A DNA stretch of 64,000 nucleotides from Eledone cirrhosa. Taxonomy: Eukaryota. The number at the start of each line of letters is the position of its first letter. Position 1 is the first letter of the stretch. Location of the stretch: contig OZ024741.1 in assembly GCA_964016885.1 (NCBI GenBank), positions 89,528,001-89,592,000 of the forward strand, written 5' to 3'. The position numbers and the translations under genes were made by a program. The notes under the pieces were generated by a model, which saw only the letters and a list, made by a program, of their open reading frames with translations, was not told where the DNA came from and did no database searches. Shown piece by piece: positions 1-11,987 of the stretch.

Positions 1-319
1 TTCCTGTTTAGAATAGGTAGGTGATCATCTTGGAATAGTTTTGTTGTTTGTCCAGGAAGTTAACTATTTCTCATTTGTTTTATTTGTATTTAAACTGGAG
101 CTGAGCATCAGGCATTAGAAGACAGAAGTCAGTTGTATGTGGTTCAGTCAGTAATGTAGTTTGTGTATGTTGTGCTATCTCTCCACTATCCAGTATGTTT
201 CTGTGTGTCAGTAGATTCCAGTGTTGGCCATACTGGAGGTGAATGAGGTGGATTTGGTCTGAATAAGACAGCTGGTATTCTTCTGTATTTGTTGATTGCA
301 TTAATATCTCTTGTTGCAG

Positions 320-386
320 AGAACAGACAGAGTCACGGGTAACTTTGCAAGGGAATCTTGATCCGTGTGCCCTCTATTCCTCAGAG
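320..386 (+). CDS. UROD: Uroporphyrinogen decarboxylase, penultimate coding exon
   Basis: ttgttgcAG|a ... gag|GTAAG. Translates (R)EQTESRVTLQGNLDPCALYSSE, containing the UROD motif LQGNLDPCALY; splices in phase 0 to the exon at 1642. Confidence 0.95.
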
Positions 387-1204
387 GTAAGTTGTGGGAC
401 CTTGCTTTTTGTTGTTATTTATTTATTCATTTTTTTTTTTTTTTTGACAAACTTATGTCATTTAAGGCAACATGTTACAGGCAAGCACTGTACATCAGCT
501 GGATAGAGCACAAAACTAATGAATCGGTTCTATAAGAAATAGATGATCATGACTATAAGGAAGTGAAAGCTGCAATACTTTGGCCATGTCATCAGAGTTC
601 AAAAACTCTGCACTCACATCATGGAGGGATGCATTGATGGCAGGAGAACGAGAGGAATACCAAGGCAATATTGGAATGATGACATTAGGAAATAGATGGA
701 AAGAAAGCTGGGGGAGTGTTCAGTCATGGCGAGGGAGATTAGCCAGTGGAGAGCATTGTTGCAATTATCCATGGTTTCCAACCCTCCATAGTGAGGAAAA
801 CGACCTGACCTGGTAGAGTATAAGGAGATTTGATTGCTATATCTTGCAGATTAATTGATCTAACAGAAGCTTCCTACCTCCTTTGTTTTATGGAGTTTTT
901 TTGTTTGTGTTGTTATGACACTAGAGTGCTATATACATCATAGCAAATCATTTAATTACTTACATGAAAAATAACTTTTCCTCAGAAAAACCTATGGCGT
1001 TCTGTTATACAGCATATGCCTTCATTAAGAAAATCCTGGGCTATAGCTAATGTTGAGCTTGGACGTTCTGCTTGTATGTATATGGATATAAGTCGAAATC
1101 AGTTCTGTATGAGCAAGACATGGTCACCTGGCCTAGCATTGCCCACAACAGGATAACTCGTCTAACCCATGCTAGTGTGGAAAATGGATGTAAAACGTGA
1201 TTAT

Positions 1205-1388
1205 AATGAGGTTTGGCTGAAAAGATACTCTCATTGAATGACCAAATGAAGTTTATTTTTCAACATAGTCTCTGGAAAGAAACAATGCAATTATTCATAA
1301 GAAAAGTTGAAATAAATGCATGCAAGATTTCACAACTTTAGTATCACTCCTTCATAGGCAACCTATGAACTTTTCATCCGACCCTTAT
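1205..1388. mobile_element. Mariner-derived MITE (internal deletion derivative) in UROD intron
   Basis: Imperfect TIRs GAGGTTTGGCTGAAAAG / CTTTTCATCCGACCCTT. Left part matches ~33390-33438 and right part matches ~34403-34510, the two ends of the larger mariner. Confidence 0.75.
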
Positions 1389-1641
1389 ATATATGCGTTC
1401 ATGTGTACTTGTTTCTGTGTCTTTGCATTGACTCAATTTAAGCAGTTTGTTCATGTCTCCATTAAACAACATATCAGCTCAATGATTTGACATGTGAAGA
1501 TCAGTAGAATAACAATTAAGAGTTGACATTGGGGAGGGCATTTAGCTATAAAATACTGCCTCAGAAAGTCTCACCCAACCCATGCCAGCATGGAAAAACA
1601 TACAAAAGTGATAATGATCTGTGTATGTTTTTTTTTTTTAG

Positions 1642-1806
1642 GATGAAATTGGAGGTTATGTAAAAACTATGTTGAAGAAATTTGGCACACATCGTTATAT
1701 TGCTAATTTGGGTCATGGAATGTACCCAGATTTTCAGCCTGATCATTTAGCTGCTTTTGTGGATGCTGTTCACAAACATTCCAAAATTATGAACCAAATT
1801 GAATGA
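1642..1806 (+). CDS. UROD: Uroporphyrinogen decarboxylase, last coding exon
   Basis: Poly-T acceptor ttttAG|GAT. Translates [54 protein letters not shown], matching the metazoan UROD C-terminus (RYIANLGHG...[10 protein letters not shown]). Confidence 0.96.
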   Translation, partial: DEIGGYVKTMLKKFGTHRYIANLGHGMYPDFQPDHLAAFVDAVHKHSKIMNQIE

Positions 1807-1904
1807 CATATTGTGTCTTATATCCCTCCCTGATATCACATCTGCCATCATCTTCCTTTTTCTCACAACAATGAATAAGGAAGGACATTAAACAAAATAT
1901 TTAT

Positions 1905-1910
1905 AATAAA
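1905..1910 (+). promoter_or_regulatory. Probable UROD polyadenylation signal
   Basis: AATAAA about 100 nt after the stop, followed by a U/GU-rich tract (tttgtgtgtttgattgttt). Confidence 0.6.
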
Positions 1911-2199
1911 AGAATCCAAATTGATCTTTTTATTTGTGTGTTTGATTGTTTATTTAACTCTTTTGATACTAAAGCGACTGAAACCTCTCCTGGTTTTACC
2001 ATACAAAGCTATTTGCTTTAGTGTTTATATTAATCTAAAAACTTTCCATCTTAATTTTATGTAAAAATATTTGTTATAATCCACTCACTAGCTTAATAAT
2101 GAGAAAGTTATGTTACTAAATATCTCCATTTTCTTCTTCGTCTTCTTCTTGGGAGGGACGTAGGGGCAGAGTCCTGAAACACTCCTTTGGAGTTAACAT

Positions 2200-2409
2200 T
2201 ATTCCAAAGATCTAGTTTTGTGTAATTTCTACCTCTTCCCTAAGTTGAAATCGAAGTCGAAGGGTCATCAGTTTGGGATTGTGGAAAACATACAAAAAAT
2301 TGTAACCGACAGGTTAAGGACACTCACAAAAAATGACTTTTGGTACTGCTATGATCATCAGAAAAAAGGTTGGAATCACTGAGTGACTTCCGAAGGAGAT
2401 AACTTATAA
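2200..2409 (+). pseudogene. Mariner transposase C-terminal fragment
   Basis: Translates YSKDLVLCNFYLFPKLKSKSKGHQFGIVENIQKIVTDRL...CYDHQKKGWNH...EGD, a degenerate form of YSPDLAPxDFxLFPKLK...EGD. Confidence 0.75.
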
Positions 2410-2734
2410 ATTCATGTACGTCTAATATCATCATCATCGATTAATGTCCATCTTCCACACTAGGATGGGTTAGACGGGTCCTATTTTAAGGCAAGTTGTG
2501 TCGGGTGACCATGTCTCGCTCAAATAGGGGTGTTTCTGGCTGGTTTTCTATGGCCGGATGCCCTTCCTAATGCCAAACATACACTTAAATGAAATATTAG
2601 TACCTTTATTTTGGGGACAAATCTCATCTCTATATATATATATACATGGTAAGTTGGACATTTCTTTTGATAATATGATGTCTCCTTGAGAGTGTGATGT
2701 TGCATGACAGGGAGTATGATCGGTAAATACAGAG

Positions 2735-3062
2735 GTTATAAGGACCCTTCAGTTGTGTCAAGGACATGATAACCTCCCCAGTTTTGGTCATTTACATGAT
2801 GAACACACCCAGTACACTCTGTAAAGTGGTTGGTGATAGGAAGGGCCTCCACTTGTAGAAAACTTGCCAAATAAATGGTTGGGAAGACCCTTCATGGTTG
2901 TGTAAAAGATATGAGAACCTCTCCTATGTAAGACTATATGTAAGCAAGATGCAGACCCCCTAGTCTCTCTTGGAGGTCAATCATCTCGGTTCAGAACTGA
3001 CTTGGGTCTGTGAAGACCTGTCCAACCCTTGCCAGCAGAGACAACGGGCATTAAAACGATCA
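2735..3062 (+). mobile_element. RTE-tailed non-autonomous retroposon with tandem ~145-bp modules
   Basis: GACCCTTCAGTTGTGT module twice, GGAAGGGC motif, then the 3' end CCAACCCTTGCCAGCAG...CATTAAAACGAT. Relatives at 16610-16895, 30236-30710, 35180-35570 and 62290-62645. Confidence 0.6.
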
Positions 3063-3067
3063 TAATG

Positions 3068-3492
3068 GATGAGGTGATAAAAGCCGACCTTACCCAATTA
3101 TACCTCTCAAAGGCGACGACACACGACCGTGACCTCTGGCGTCACGCAGTAATACAGAGTATCCGACCTCCCATGGGTACAAGCTGAAGCATATAGACAA
3201 TATGCCCCCACACCCCCCACCACAAGGTGGTCGTGGAGGTGCCACGGCAAAAAAGCACCCAGCCCACACTGTAAAGTGGACTTTTAGGCGCCACGAAAAA
3301 GCACCCAGCACTCACTGTAAATGAGGTTGATGTTAGGAAGGGCATCCAGCTGTAGAAATCAAGCCAAATCAGTTCCTGTATGAGCAAGGCATGGTCAGCC
3401 GACCAGACACTGCCCACAACAGGACAACCCGTCTAACCCATGCTAGCGTGGAAGAACGGACGTAAAACGGTGATGATGATGATGATGATGAT
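3068..3492 (+). mobile_element. 5'-truncated RTE LINE 3' end (sister subfamily)
   Basis: DEVIKADLTQLYLSKATTHDRDLWRHAVIQSIRPPMGTS* is homologous to the end of the 58230-60272 RT ORF. Followed by hairpin modules, GGAAGGGCATCCAGCTGTAG and a (GAT)n tail. Confidence 0.8.
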
Positions 3493-3961
3493 GGTTTACG
3501 AATGTCACTGATGTTATTTCAGCGATCTCTGGCCATGACTCACTCCATCAAGGAATCAATAAGGTTGCAGTAGTGAAACTGCATCTCGATGTTCAGAGTG
3601 CACATTTAATAGTTAAATAGCGAGTGCAGTGGCTGTGTTTTTGGTAGAGATACGTTATGTATCTAGCTCCTGGACAGATTCTGTTTCTACACAATATTCT
3701 GCCCAACAACACTAATTAAAATTGCAGTGTGCAGAAAATTAAGTAGTGTCAACAGATATTACACAATCTGGCAATTGCATGTCCTCAGCAGGTTGATGTC
3801 CCACTCAATACATTAGTCATTAGTGTGCGCATACTAGCGCTATATATATATATGTGTGTGTATTTTGTATATCTAGCGATGTACGGTATGTTTGTTTTGA
3901 CACCTATGTACATGGGCTGATTTACCTCATTTGTATATAGAGCTGTCAACCGGAAAATAGA

Positions 3962-4366
3962 ATTAAAGTGTTCGCTCTAACATAGATGTATATACATGTG
4001 TATTTTGTATATTTAGCGATATATGGTATGCTTATGAATAAATATTTGAAAGCCTTCAGCTGTGAATTTTGGAAATTGACGATGTAGAGTCATCTAGCAG
4101 ATTCCAGCAGAAGCAAGGGAGGGTAACTGTCGATCATCGTGTTTGACTCTGATCTTGTATACAGCTATGTTAGAGAGAACACTTTAATTGAGTTCCAGCA
4201 GAGCAGCGTAAGGGAGCACTGTCTTGATAATGACCAGAGTCATCAGTTTCCAAAATTCATAACTGAAGGCTTTCAAATGTTTATTCATAAACATACTGAA
4301 TATCGCTAGATATATAAAATAAACATACTTATATGTATATAGCTATGTTAGAGCGAACACCTTAAT
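3962..4366. repeat. Foldback/MITE with ~120-bp terminal inverted repeats
   Basis: 3962-4083 is the near reverse complement of 4240-4366 (ATTAAAGTGTTCGCTCTAACATAG ... CTATGTTAGAGCGAACACCTTAAT). An extra internal copy of the terminus lies at 4159-4188. Confidence 0.85.
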
Positions 4367-4902
4367 ATATATATATACTATCATCTCTGTACTGGTGCAG
4401 TGCTCTTCCCTTCCAGCTGTCACTTCCTTGATGTTCTACTGCATCAAAGGTGGGAGAGTTGAATGGCTATCTGTGTTAGCTCACAAGTTCATGGGCACCT
4501 AAAACACTTAGCAAAAGCATGGTATATACTACCAAGTCATATTTGATTGCAAGTGGCAGCTGTAGTATTGTTTTACACTAGTAGCTGTCCCCAGGTTTAT
4601 TAATACCTAAAATAAATATAATCACATGAAGTCACTTATATTTTTCAAAAATTACGTTCAAAGAGTTAATCTTAGTAATATTACATAATTAAAGTGTTTC
4701 ATCAGTTTGCATTGCAGGACTTTTTCATTGTTGTCAACTTGAATAAGGCCTCAAGTAACCAACTACTCCAGTGTATCTTCCTCTCAGACTCTATTGAAGT
4801 GTGAAAATTTACTTCTTGTTTTGAAATCTCATTATTAGATGCTAAATAATATTAGATTTCTGTAGTTAAATATTTGTTTTCATTATTAGATTGAAAATTC
4901 AT

Positions 4903-5090
4903 TGGTGGATTGGCAGTATCGGTAGAGGGTCGGACACCATGCTTTCCAGCATAGTTACGTCCCTTTATGATCTGAGTTCAAATCCCGCCGAGGTTGACTT
5001 TGCCTTTCATCCTTACGGGGTCAATAAAATAAAGTACCATTAATGCACTGGGTAATTGCTGGCCTTGTGCCTAAAGTAGAAACAATTATT
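4903..5090 (+). mobile_element. tRNA-derived SINE with Meta-type domain, with TSD
   Basis: A-box TGGCAGTATCGG, B-box GAGTTCAAATCC, central GCCTTTCATCCTTACGGGGTCAATAAAATAAAGTACC. Flanking direct repeat ATTATTAGATTGAAAATT at 4882-4899 and 5085-5102. Confidence 0.85.
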
Positions 5091-6257
5091 AGATTGAAAA
5101 TTAGTTATTTCATTAAACTTTTCATAATTCTTGATTATTTTGATAATAAAAACACAAAGGCAGTATATTCTTTTTTTAAATATGGTCACAAAATCATTGC
5201 CCTTACAACTTAATGGCTAACATAACAGATTAACCATGATCTAAAATATTCTAGCCATCATCATCCTTTAACATCTATTTCCCATGCTTGCATGGGTTAG
5301 ATAGTCAACTTTTGCAGGGAGTGTGATTTAAGGAAGATTTTACTGCTATTTATAATAGGTTGAATAAGCATGTAGAGGAGCAGACATGAGGGTGGGGTGT
5401 CTTTTTTTTCATTTCAAGTACAACTGTAAATGCATAAAAACTCATGTGGCAGTGCATCTTTGGTGAATGAATATATCATTTTACAAATTACTAGAGATGC
5501 ACACAACCACACTAAGCAACATTAATTCAAATGTTAGTATTGATTAATCAAATAACAAATTAGCAGATGCAAAATGTTGCAGGTGAAATTTTGCCTGCAG
5601 TAGATAGTGCAGTGTTTCCATCTTTGGTTCATATTAACATTACAAGCCATATATGTCAATGGTCTGCAGCTCATTCATTGAATGCTGTCATATGATGGCA
5701 ATATAAAAGAAATAAAACACAAACAAGTAATGTATAAGACTAAGTTTTAATCAAAAAGAGAAAAAAACCTCCATATACTAAAATTATGTCTTCCATAGAC
5801 ACTATATTATTCTGTAGTTGGTCAATTTTGACAAATGTTAAAAATAAAAGTTAAAAAACTCATCTGTAAATAAATATAGAAAGGATTTTATATTATTTTA
5901 ATTAGGCATAAAGGCAAGTACCACAGTGTTTATAGCTAAACTCTTTGTGAGCTGAGTGTTAAGTGAACCAGTTTAGATTTCCAGTTGGAACCTTTGCATT
6001 TTCTCCTTTCTGCAGCTATAATATCTTTTAGAAAGGTATAAACATCACAACACATCTATAAATGTTAAACCTTCTCTTAAGTAGAGGTAATCACCAAATC
6101 TTGCAAGCCTCATTATTTCCTTGTTTATTGCATAACATGAAGTAGCATTACTGTTATGATCTCTGCTCTTAGTTTTGCCGATGACTTCGGCAGAATAAGG
6201 TATAGATTCAACAGCTTCAAAACTAATATGTAACTTGTATTTATTAATTCTGTGAAA

Positions 6258-6575
6258 GCATGTGGCTCAGTGGTTAGGGTGGCTCATGATTGTTGAGTTG
6301 TGAATTTGATTCCAGTACCAGGCAGCATGTTGTGTCCTTGAGCAAGACACTTTATTTCATGTTGCTTCAGTCTACTCAGCTAGCAAAAATGAGTTGTATC
6401 TGTAATTCAAGGGGCCAAGCTTATTACACATTGTGTCATGCTTGAGAACTACATTAAGGGTGCACGTGTCTGTAGAATGTTCAGTCACTTACATGTTAAT
6501 TTCACAAGCAGGCAGTTCCATTGATTGAATCAACTGAAGCACTTGTTATTGGGAAGGATGGAGATCCAACAACAA
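6258..6575 (+). mobile_element. tRNA-derived CORE-type SINE
   Basis: TGGCTCAGTGGTTAGG head, degenerate B box, CORE-like GTGTCCTTGAGCAAGACACTT. Relatives at 23911-24245(-), 41915-42150(-) and 55802-56358. Confidence 0.75.
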
Positions 6576-7196
6576 TATTTATTACATCATTCCTGGACAA
6601 TTAATGAAATCAAAACTGATCTACATGTTGAAGATTTGAACTTAAAAATACAAAACAGTCACAGCACAGGCCACAATTGTTAGAATCCACTTCAAATCTT
6701 TTAGCACAAATCTTTTGATGGGATAGAAGGGGGCTAAAAGCAATTATATTGAGCCTGTCTGAGACAGCTGAATGTCATTCAACACCAATTGGACAGAGGC
6801 CTTTGATTCTACTAACCTAACAATAAAAAATATAATTTAAAATTTTAAAAAATCTTGTATTGCTTTGAATCATTTTTTTTTTTGGAAGGGGGATATTTTT
6901 TATGACTCTCCTCCTACACAAACACACATTATTGTTATTTAAGCAGAAAAAATATTGACATATTTCCTCCATAGGTAATACAATCATTAAATACAAGTAT
7001 GGTTAAAGACAATTATTAATATTTGCAAATCTTTAAAAAAAAATGTTTCCACTGCTTTTTCTTTTTTTCTTTCATGTCGGCATAGGTTTATAAATGTAAA
7101 GAAATGCAGGGATTGATGTGATTAGTGTTTAATGGAAATTTTTCCACCAACAGTATTTGCTATCAAACTTATATTGACAGCTGTCAATAGCCCAGT

Positions 7197-7420
7197 TTAA
7201 CCCCTTTGATACCAACCTGCCTGAAACTGACCCTGGAATTATGATACAAAACTAATTATCTAAAGTGCTTATATTTACCTACAAAACATTCCATCATAAT
7301 GTAAAAACCAGCTTTATAATGTGAAAGTTAGCTATTTTACGAAATCCTTCCAAATTCTTTATTTTCAAATTGATTTGAAAATAATAGGCAGTGTCTTTCA
7401 TTAGAAATATTGTAACTAAA
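7197..7420. mobile_element. ~220-bp MITE family starting TTAACCCTTTTGATACC (piggyBac-like ends)
   Basis: Degenerate copies at ~1956-2130, 14860-15105, 20240-20450, 26510-26750(-), 42309-42523 and 49990-50086(-). Right ends resemble AAAGGGTTAA. Confidence 0.6.
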
Positions 7421-8189
7421 CTAAATAAAAAGAGATTTCAATAAAGTTTTACAGTTTACCAATATTAGTAGAGGTTTTGTTAGCTTAGTGCTGGAATTCA
7501 CACATTTTGCATGATGTATTGGACACATAATGTATTGGTCTTTCCACTACTGATAGTGTTGGCAGGTCACAACTCCTGGCAAGAACAGCAACATGAAATA
7601 GAGCATGGTGCTAAAAAACACAACATACTGCTAGATCCAAGAATCGAATTAACCACTAGGCTATGTGCCTTCACATAGGTGTGATCTAGAAAGACTGCTC
7701 AGAGCTATACACCAACAATCACCTACAAAGGAGGGAGATGTTTGTTAGCTTATCAGCTAAAATCAGTACCAGTAAATTAGCACTCAAAATATTTCATTGA
7801 ACCTTCATCAGCAATTGAAATATTACCAACCATAGCTAATTAATTGAGAACCCCCTCCCACAAACTGTTTAATGAAGCAAAAAAAAAAGAAACCACCACA
7901 ATGTTATTGTTTTGCTAAAAAAACATGGTTCAAACTCAATCTTTTAAGTTTTTTTACTTTGTTAAATGGTTAATGTTATATTTACATCTTATCCATTCAT
8001 TTATTCAATTCCTGAGGGTTACTTTTCACATACATTCAACCAAGATGGGATATCTTGCTATGATAAACATTAGTAGAAGAAACCAGGCTCATGTAGAGCT
8101 AAGCTGATAAAGAAAACCAATGAAAGAGAAGTTATGTTGTGGAGGTAAGCATTCAGTAAAAACAGATAGATATTTATATCTAATATATA

Positions 8190-8460
8190 ATTCTTTCTAA
8201 CATTGGCACAAGACCAGCAATTTGGGGGAAGAAGAAAGTCGATTATATCAACCTCAGTACTTAACAAGTACTTTATTGGCACAAGACCAGCAATTTGGGG
8301 GAAGAAGAAAGTCGATTATATCAACCTCAGTACTTAACCTGGAAGGTTGAAAGGCAAAGTTAACCTTGGTGGGATTTGAATACAGAATGAAGAAAGTCGT
8401 AATTAAATACTGTAAAGCATTTTGTCCAACACTCTATTGATACTGTCAATCCATCGCCTT
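8190..8460 (-). mobile_element. Meta-type SINE with internal 73-bp-period tandem duplication
   Basis: ATTGGCACAAGACCAGCAATTTGGGGGAAG...CAGTACTTAAC is repeated exactly at 8202 and 8275; GAAAGGCAAAGTTAACCTTGG body. Confidence 0.8.
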
Positions 8461-11039
8461 AATATATAACCACCATCTAACCCATGCTAGTGTTGAAGAT
8501 AGACGTTAAACAATGATGATGGTTATTAATATCATATACTATGATATTATGGGAAGAAAGCAAACTCAAAAGTTTGGATGAGCTCTAAAGATCTTTTCCC
8601 ATTGTAACATTGCATGCAAGCAATATATCTGGTAGTTGCTGCAGAATTATTGACCTATAAATAAATATTACATATGTATTATGCATATATAATAAATAAC
8701 TTTTTAAACATATAGACATGTCATCTCCCTAGTGCTGGTGCCATGACAAAATGCACTCTGTACACCCTGTAGAGTGTGAGAATGTATGTAAGCGAGATTC
8801 AGTGACTTCAAGTAAGGTCTATGATGACCCAGCCAACTCTTGTTAGCAGGGAAATGTATATTAAATGAAAATAATGATGATTGATAATTTAGATAATTAT
8901 AGGACTAAATGTGAGAAGGTAACAAACTTATGTTTTCATAGTGGGAGAATGGAGAGGCCTAGCATGCCACCTGATCATTGGCTGCCTCTTGCAAACATTC
9001 AGTAAGACCCATGATTCTCTGACATTTTCATTTTGTTTTTCTGATATTGTTCATCTTTCCCAAGATTCCATGCAGTAGGATCAAACCCAGAACCTTATGA
9101 TTGCAAAGTGAACTTCTTAACCAAGCCGTGCTGCATTTGTATAAAACTACACACTACTAGCACGTTAACAGAATTAATAATTGGCATTGATTGTAATAAT
9201 TATACATACAGTGTTTTGCAGTCATGGGCAATTAATTGGAAACATTCATCATTAGATGTCTCAGAGATACCATGTCTTTGTTTTTACAGTTTTGTTGTTG
9301 CATACAAACACTGTATGTCAATATGGTGTCCTTATGATTTCTCAGGAGTAACAGGTTCATACCATACCATATATATACATACATAAGTATGGTTGCTTGA
9401 ATTGCCATACTTAGAATATCCATCAATGGCTGATAAGCCCTTTTGACATTAAATGAGGAGAAAATATTGAAGATGTGATGAGCCTGCCTTTCTCAAATTG
9501 ATTTCAATTGAGGATTTGAAAGGACTATAAATGCCATAAATGAGAAGAAAAGAAGGGGAAGAGCAAGGATTACTAGTGAGGATTAAAACTAGGTTGTGAA
9601 CTTGGTTCTCAGACTTACAAGCAACAGTCTACAACAAAAGTACTTACTCACTACCCAGACACACTCTCAAAGAGTACATAACTACTGCAACTCAGTAGTA
9701 TTGAGTTGATTTCACAGGAGGAAGTAGAGATTAATGAATAACCAAATAATAAGAAATATGGAGTCGGCTTTGGTTCAAAACTGGAAAACATTAGTAGTGA
9801 TCAATGATCAAATATTTATGACGAAGATGAAAATGAGAATCTAGAGTTGAGGTATACAAAAGAAGTTACTTCATCCATAACCAACCAGTCAGCGGTGAAG
9901 TAATAAGGCAAAATAGTTTTAACTAAGGATATCCTGAGAATAATTAAAGGATGAAATCTAATTGAAAATATATTTAAAAAAAAAAAAAGATTCTATTATA
10001 GACAACAGATTCTTTCTAATTGGATTACAAATTTGGAATTAGTAGGAAAATGAGCCCTTGTTGAAGAAAGTAATGTTTAATGTTAGAAAAATCCAAAGGA
10101 CAAACACTGATTTATAGAAAAAGTTGACAACTCAAGTGCGAAGAACAGCTGTTAAAGCTGCCAAATGCTGTCAATGACAACAGTATAGAAGACCAGTAAA
10201 AATACCCCTAAGGACAAAAAACAACAGTGGCTAGTGGTTACTCTGGAGAGATGGAATGTTGTGGGGTGGGTGAAAAGTATTGATGATTAAGAGAGGAGTG
10301 TATTGACATATAGGAGTGAAAAAGAAAGGAGAAAACTAAAACAAGTGGAGATTTATCTTACAATAAGAGTGGAGATTAAAGTTACAACCCTTATAAGACA
10401 TACAAAATAACAGACGCATCTAAAATCTCATCAGCTCTCACTTGGCTTGTAGTTTTGCACAAGTAATGAGAGTATTACAATTTTTTATGCCAGCTTGTGC
10501 AACAGAAAAGAAATAAACATTTCTGCTGTGTGTGATGACAACAAAACCAAGGAGTGAAAGAAAATATGCCCGGCCAGTGTCGCATTGCTAGCTAAATGCA
10601 AACGTACAAGGCCAACAATTTGTAGGGAAGGGAAGTTGATTACATCAACCCCAGTATGTGACTGGTACTTTATTTTATTGATCCTTGAAAGATGAAAGGC
10701 AAAGTTGACCTTGACAGGATTTGAACTCAGAATGCATATAGCCAGAACAAATATTAAAATGGCATTTTATTTAACATTCTGCCAATTCACCACAAACATA
10801 AATATTAACATAAAATAAACAGGAAGAAAATTGTTTCCATTTATTTTTTTATAAGTTGGTTAAGTTCCATTAATCTTGGAATAATCAATTGTATTTTTGG
10901 TGTACATATTTTATGCCTAGTTAGTGGTAGGACTAACATAATGTTATTAATAACAGTAGTGTATATGAAAGCATATATGATCTGTTACTATATAATAAGC
11001 ATATATAAGTCTCACTATGAATGTTTTAAACTGTGATGT

Positions 11040-11817
11040 CAAATGTTGTACACAATGTATATCTTGGGTACACAAGAGATGTAGTGGGATAATGGGTAGA
11101 CTAACAGGAAGGGAAGACTTTGTATGTAGATGCACAGGGGTAATCGAGAGGAAGAGCGTCAGTGATATAAATAAACCGTTTCCAGTTACAGGAAGGGTCC
11201 ATAGAAGTGGTTGATAACTTCTGCTATCTAGGTGATTTAATTAGCAATGGGGGAGAGTGCACTGAGAACATAATAATTATAATAAGGGTAGGATGGAAAA
11301 AGTTTAGAGAGCTACACCCATTGTTGACTACAAAAGGTTTCTCCCTACGTACAAAAGGATGACTGTATGATGCCTGTGTGCAAAGTGTGATGCTGCATGA
11401 TAGTGAAAGATGGGCTGACTGCAGAGGACATGCATAGACTGGAGAGAAATGAAGTAACCATGCTTTGTTGGATGTGCAATGTAAACATGAGAGAAAGGCA
11501 GAGCTTGGACAAGCTGAGGGAATAGCTGGGTTTAAGAGGAATCCGAGGTGGTGTGCAGGAGAAAACACTGCATTGGTATGGACAGATGATGTGCATGGAT
11601 GATGATTGCTGAGTGAAGAAGTGCCAGGAAATGGTAGTTGAAGGAAGCCGCAGTAGAGGTAGTCCAAGAAAAATCTGGGCAGAATTGGTGAGACCTTAAA
11701 TTGCCGAGACTCATGGCGGAGCTGACAAAAGAACGTGGCAAATGGAGGGATGCTGCACTGAGAAGGATCTGTCTGATCCATATAAGCATGGAAAAGCAGG
11801 AGTAAAAATGATGATGT
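11040..11817 (+). pseudogene. Decayed RTE LINE 3' fragment including the PHD finger
   Basis: CTQCISWVHKRCSGIMGRLTGREDFVC, FCYLGD, GWKKFREL and MLHDSE motifs with frameshifts. Ends AGCATGGAAAAG...AATGATGATG. Confidence 0.9.
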
Positions 11818-11940
11818 TGATTATTTATTATTTTTTGTTGATTTTGAACCTTTTTACTCAATGTAAACCCTACTTTGCATTGTAATTCGTCTGTTTATTG
11901 TCCCCAATGTCTTGGATCCTTTTGGTTGATAAAAGAAATT

Positions 11941-11941
11941 A

Positions 11942-11972
<31 letters not shown>

Positions 11973-11987
11973 CATTATCATCATTAT
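11941..11987. repeat. (ATT/ATC)n microsatellite
   Basis: Direct reading; source of the poly-Ile ORF at 11875. Confidence 0.95.
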
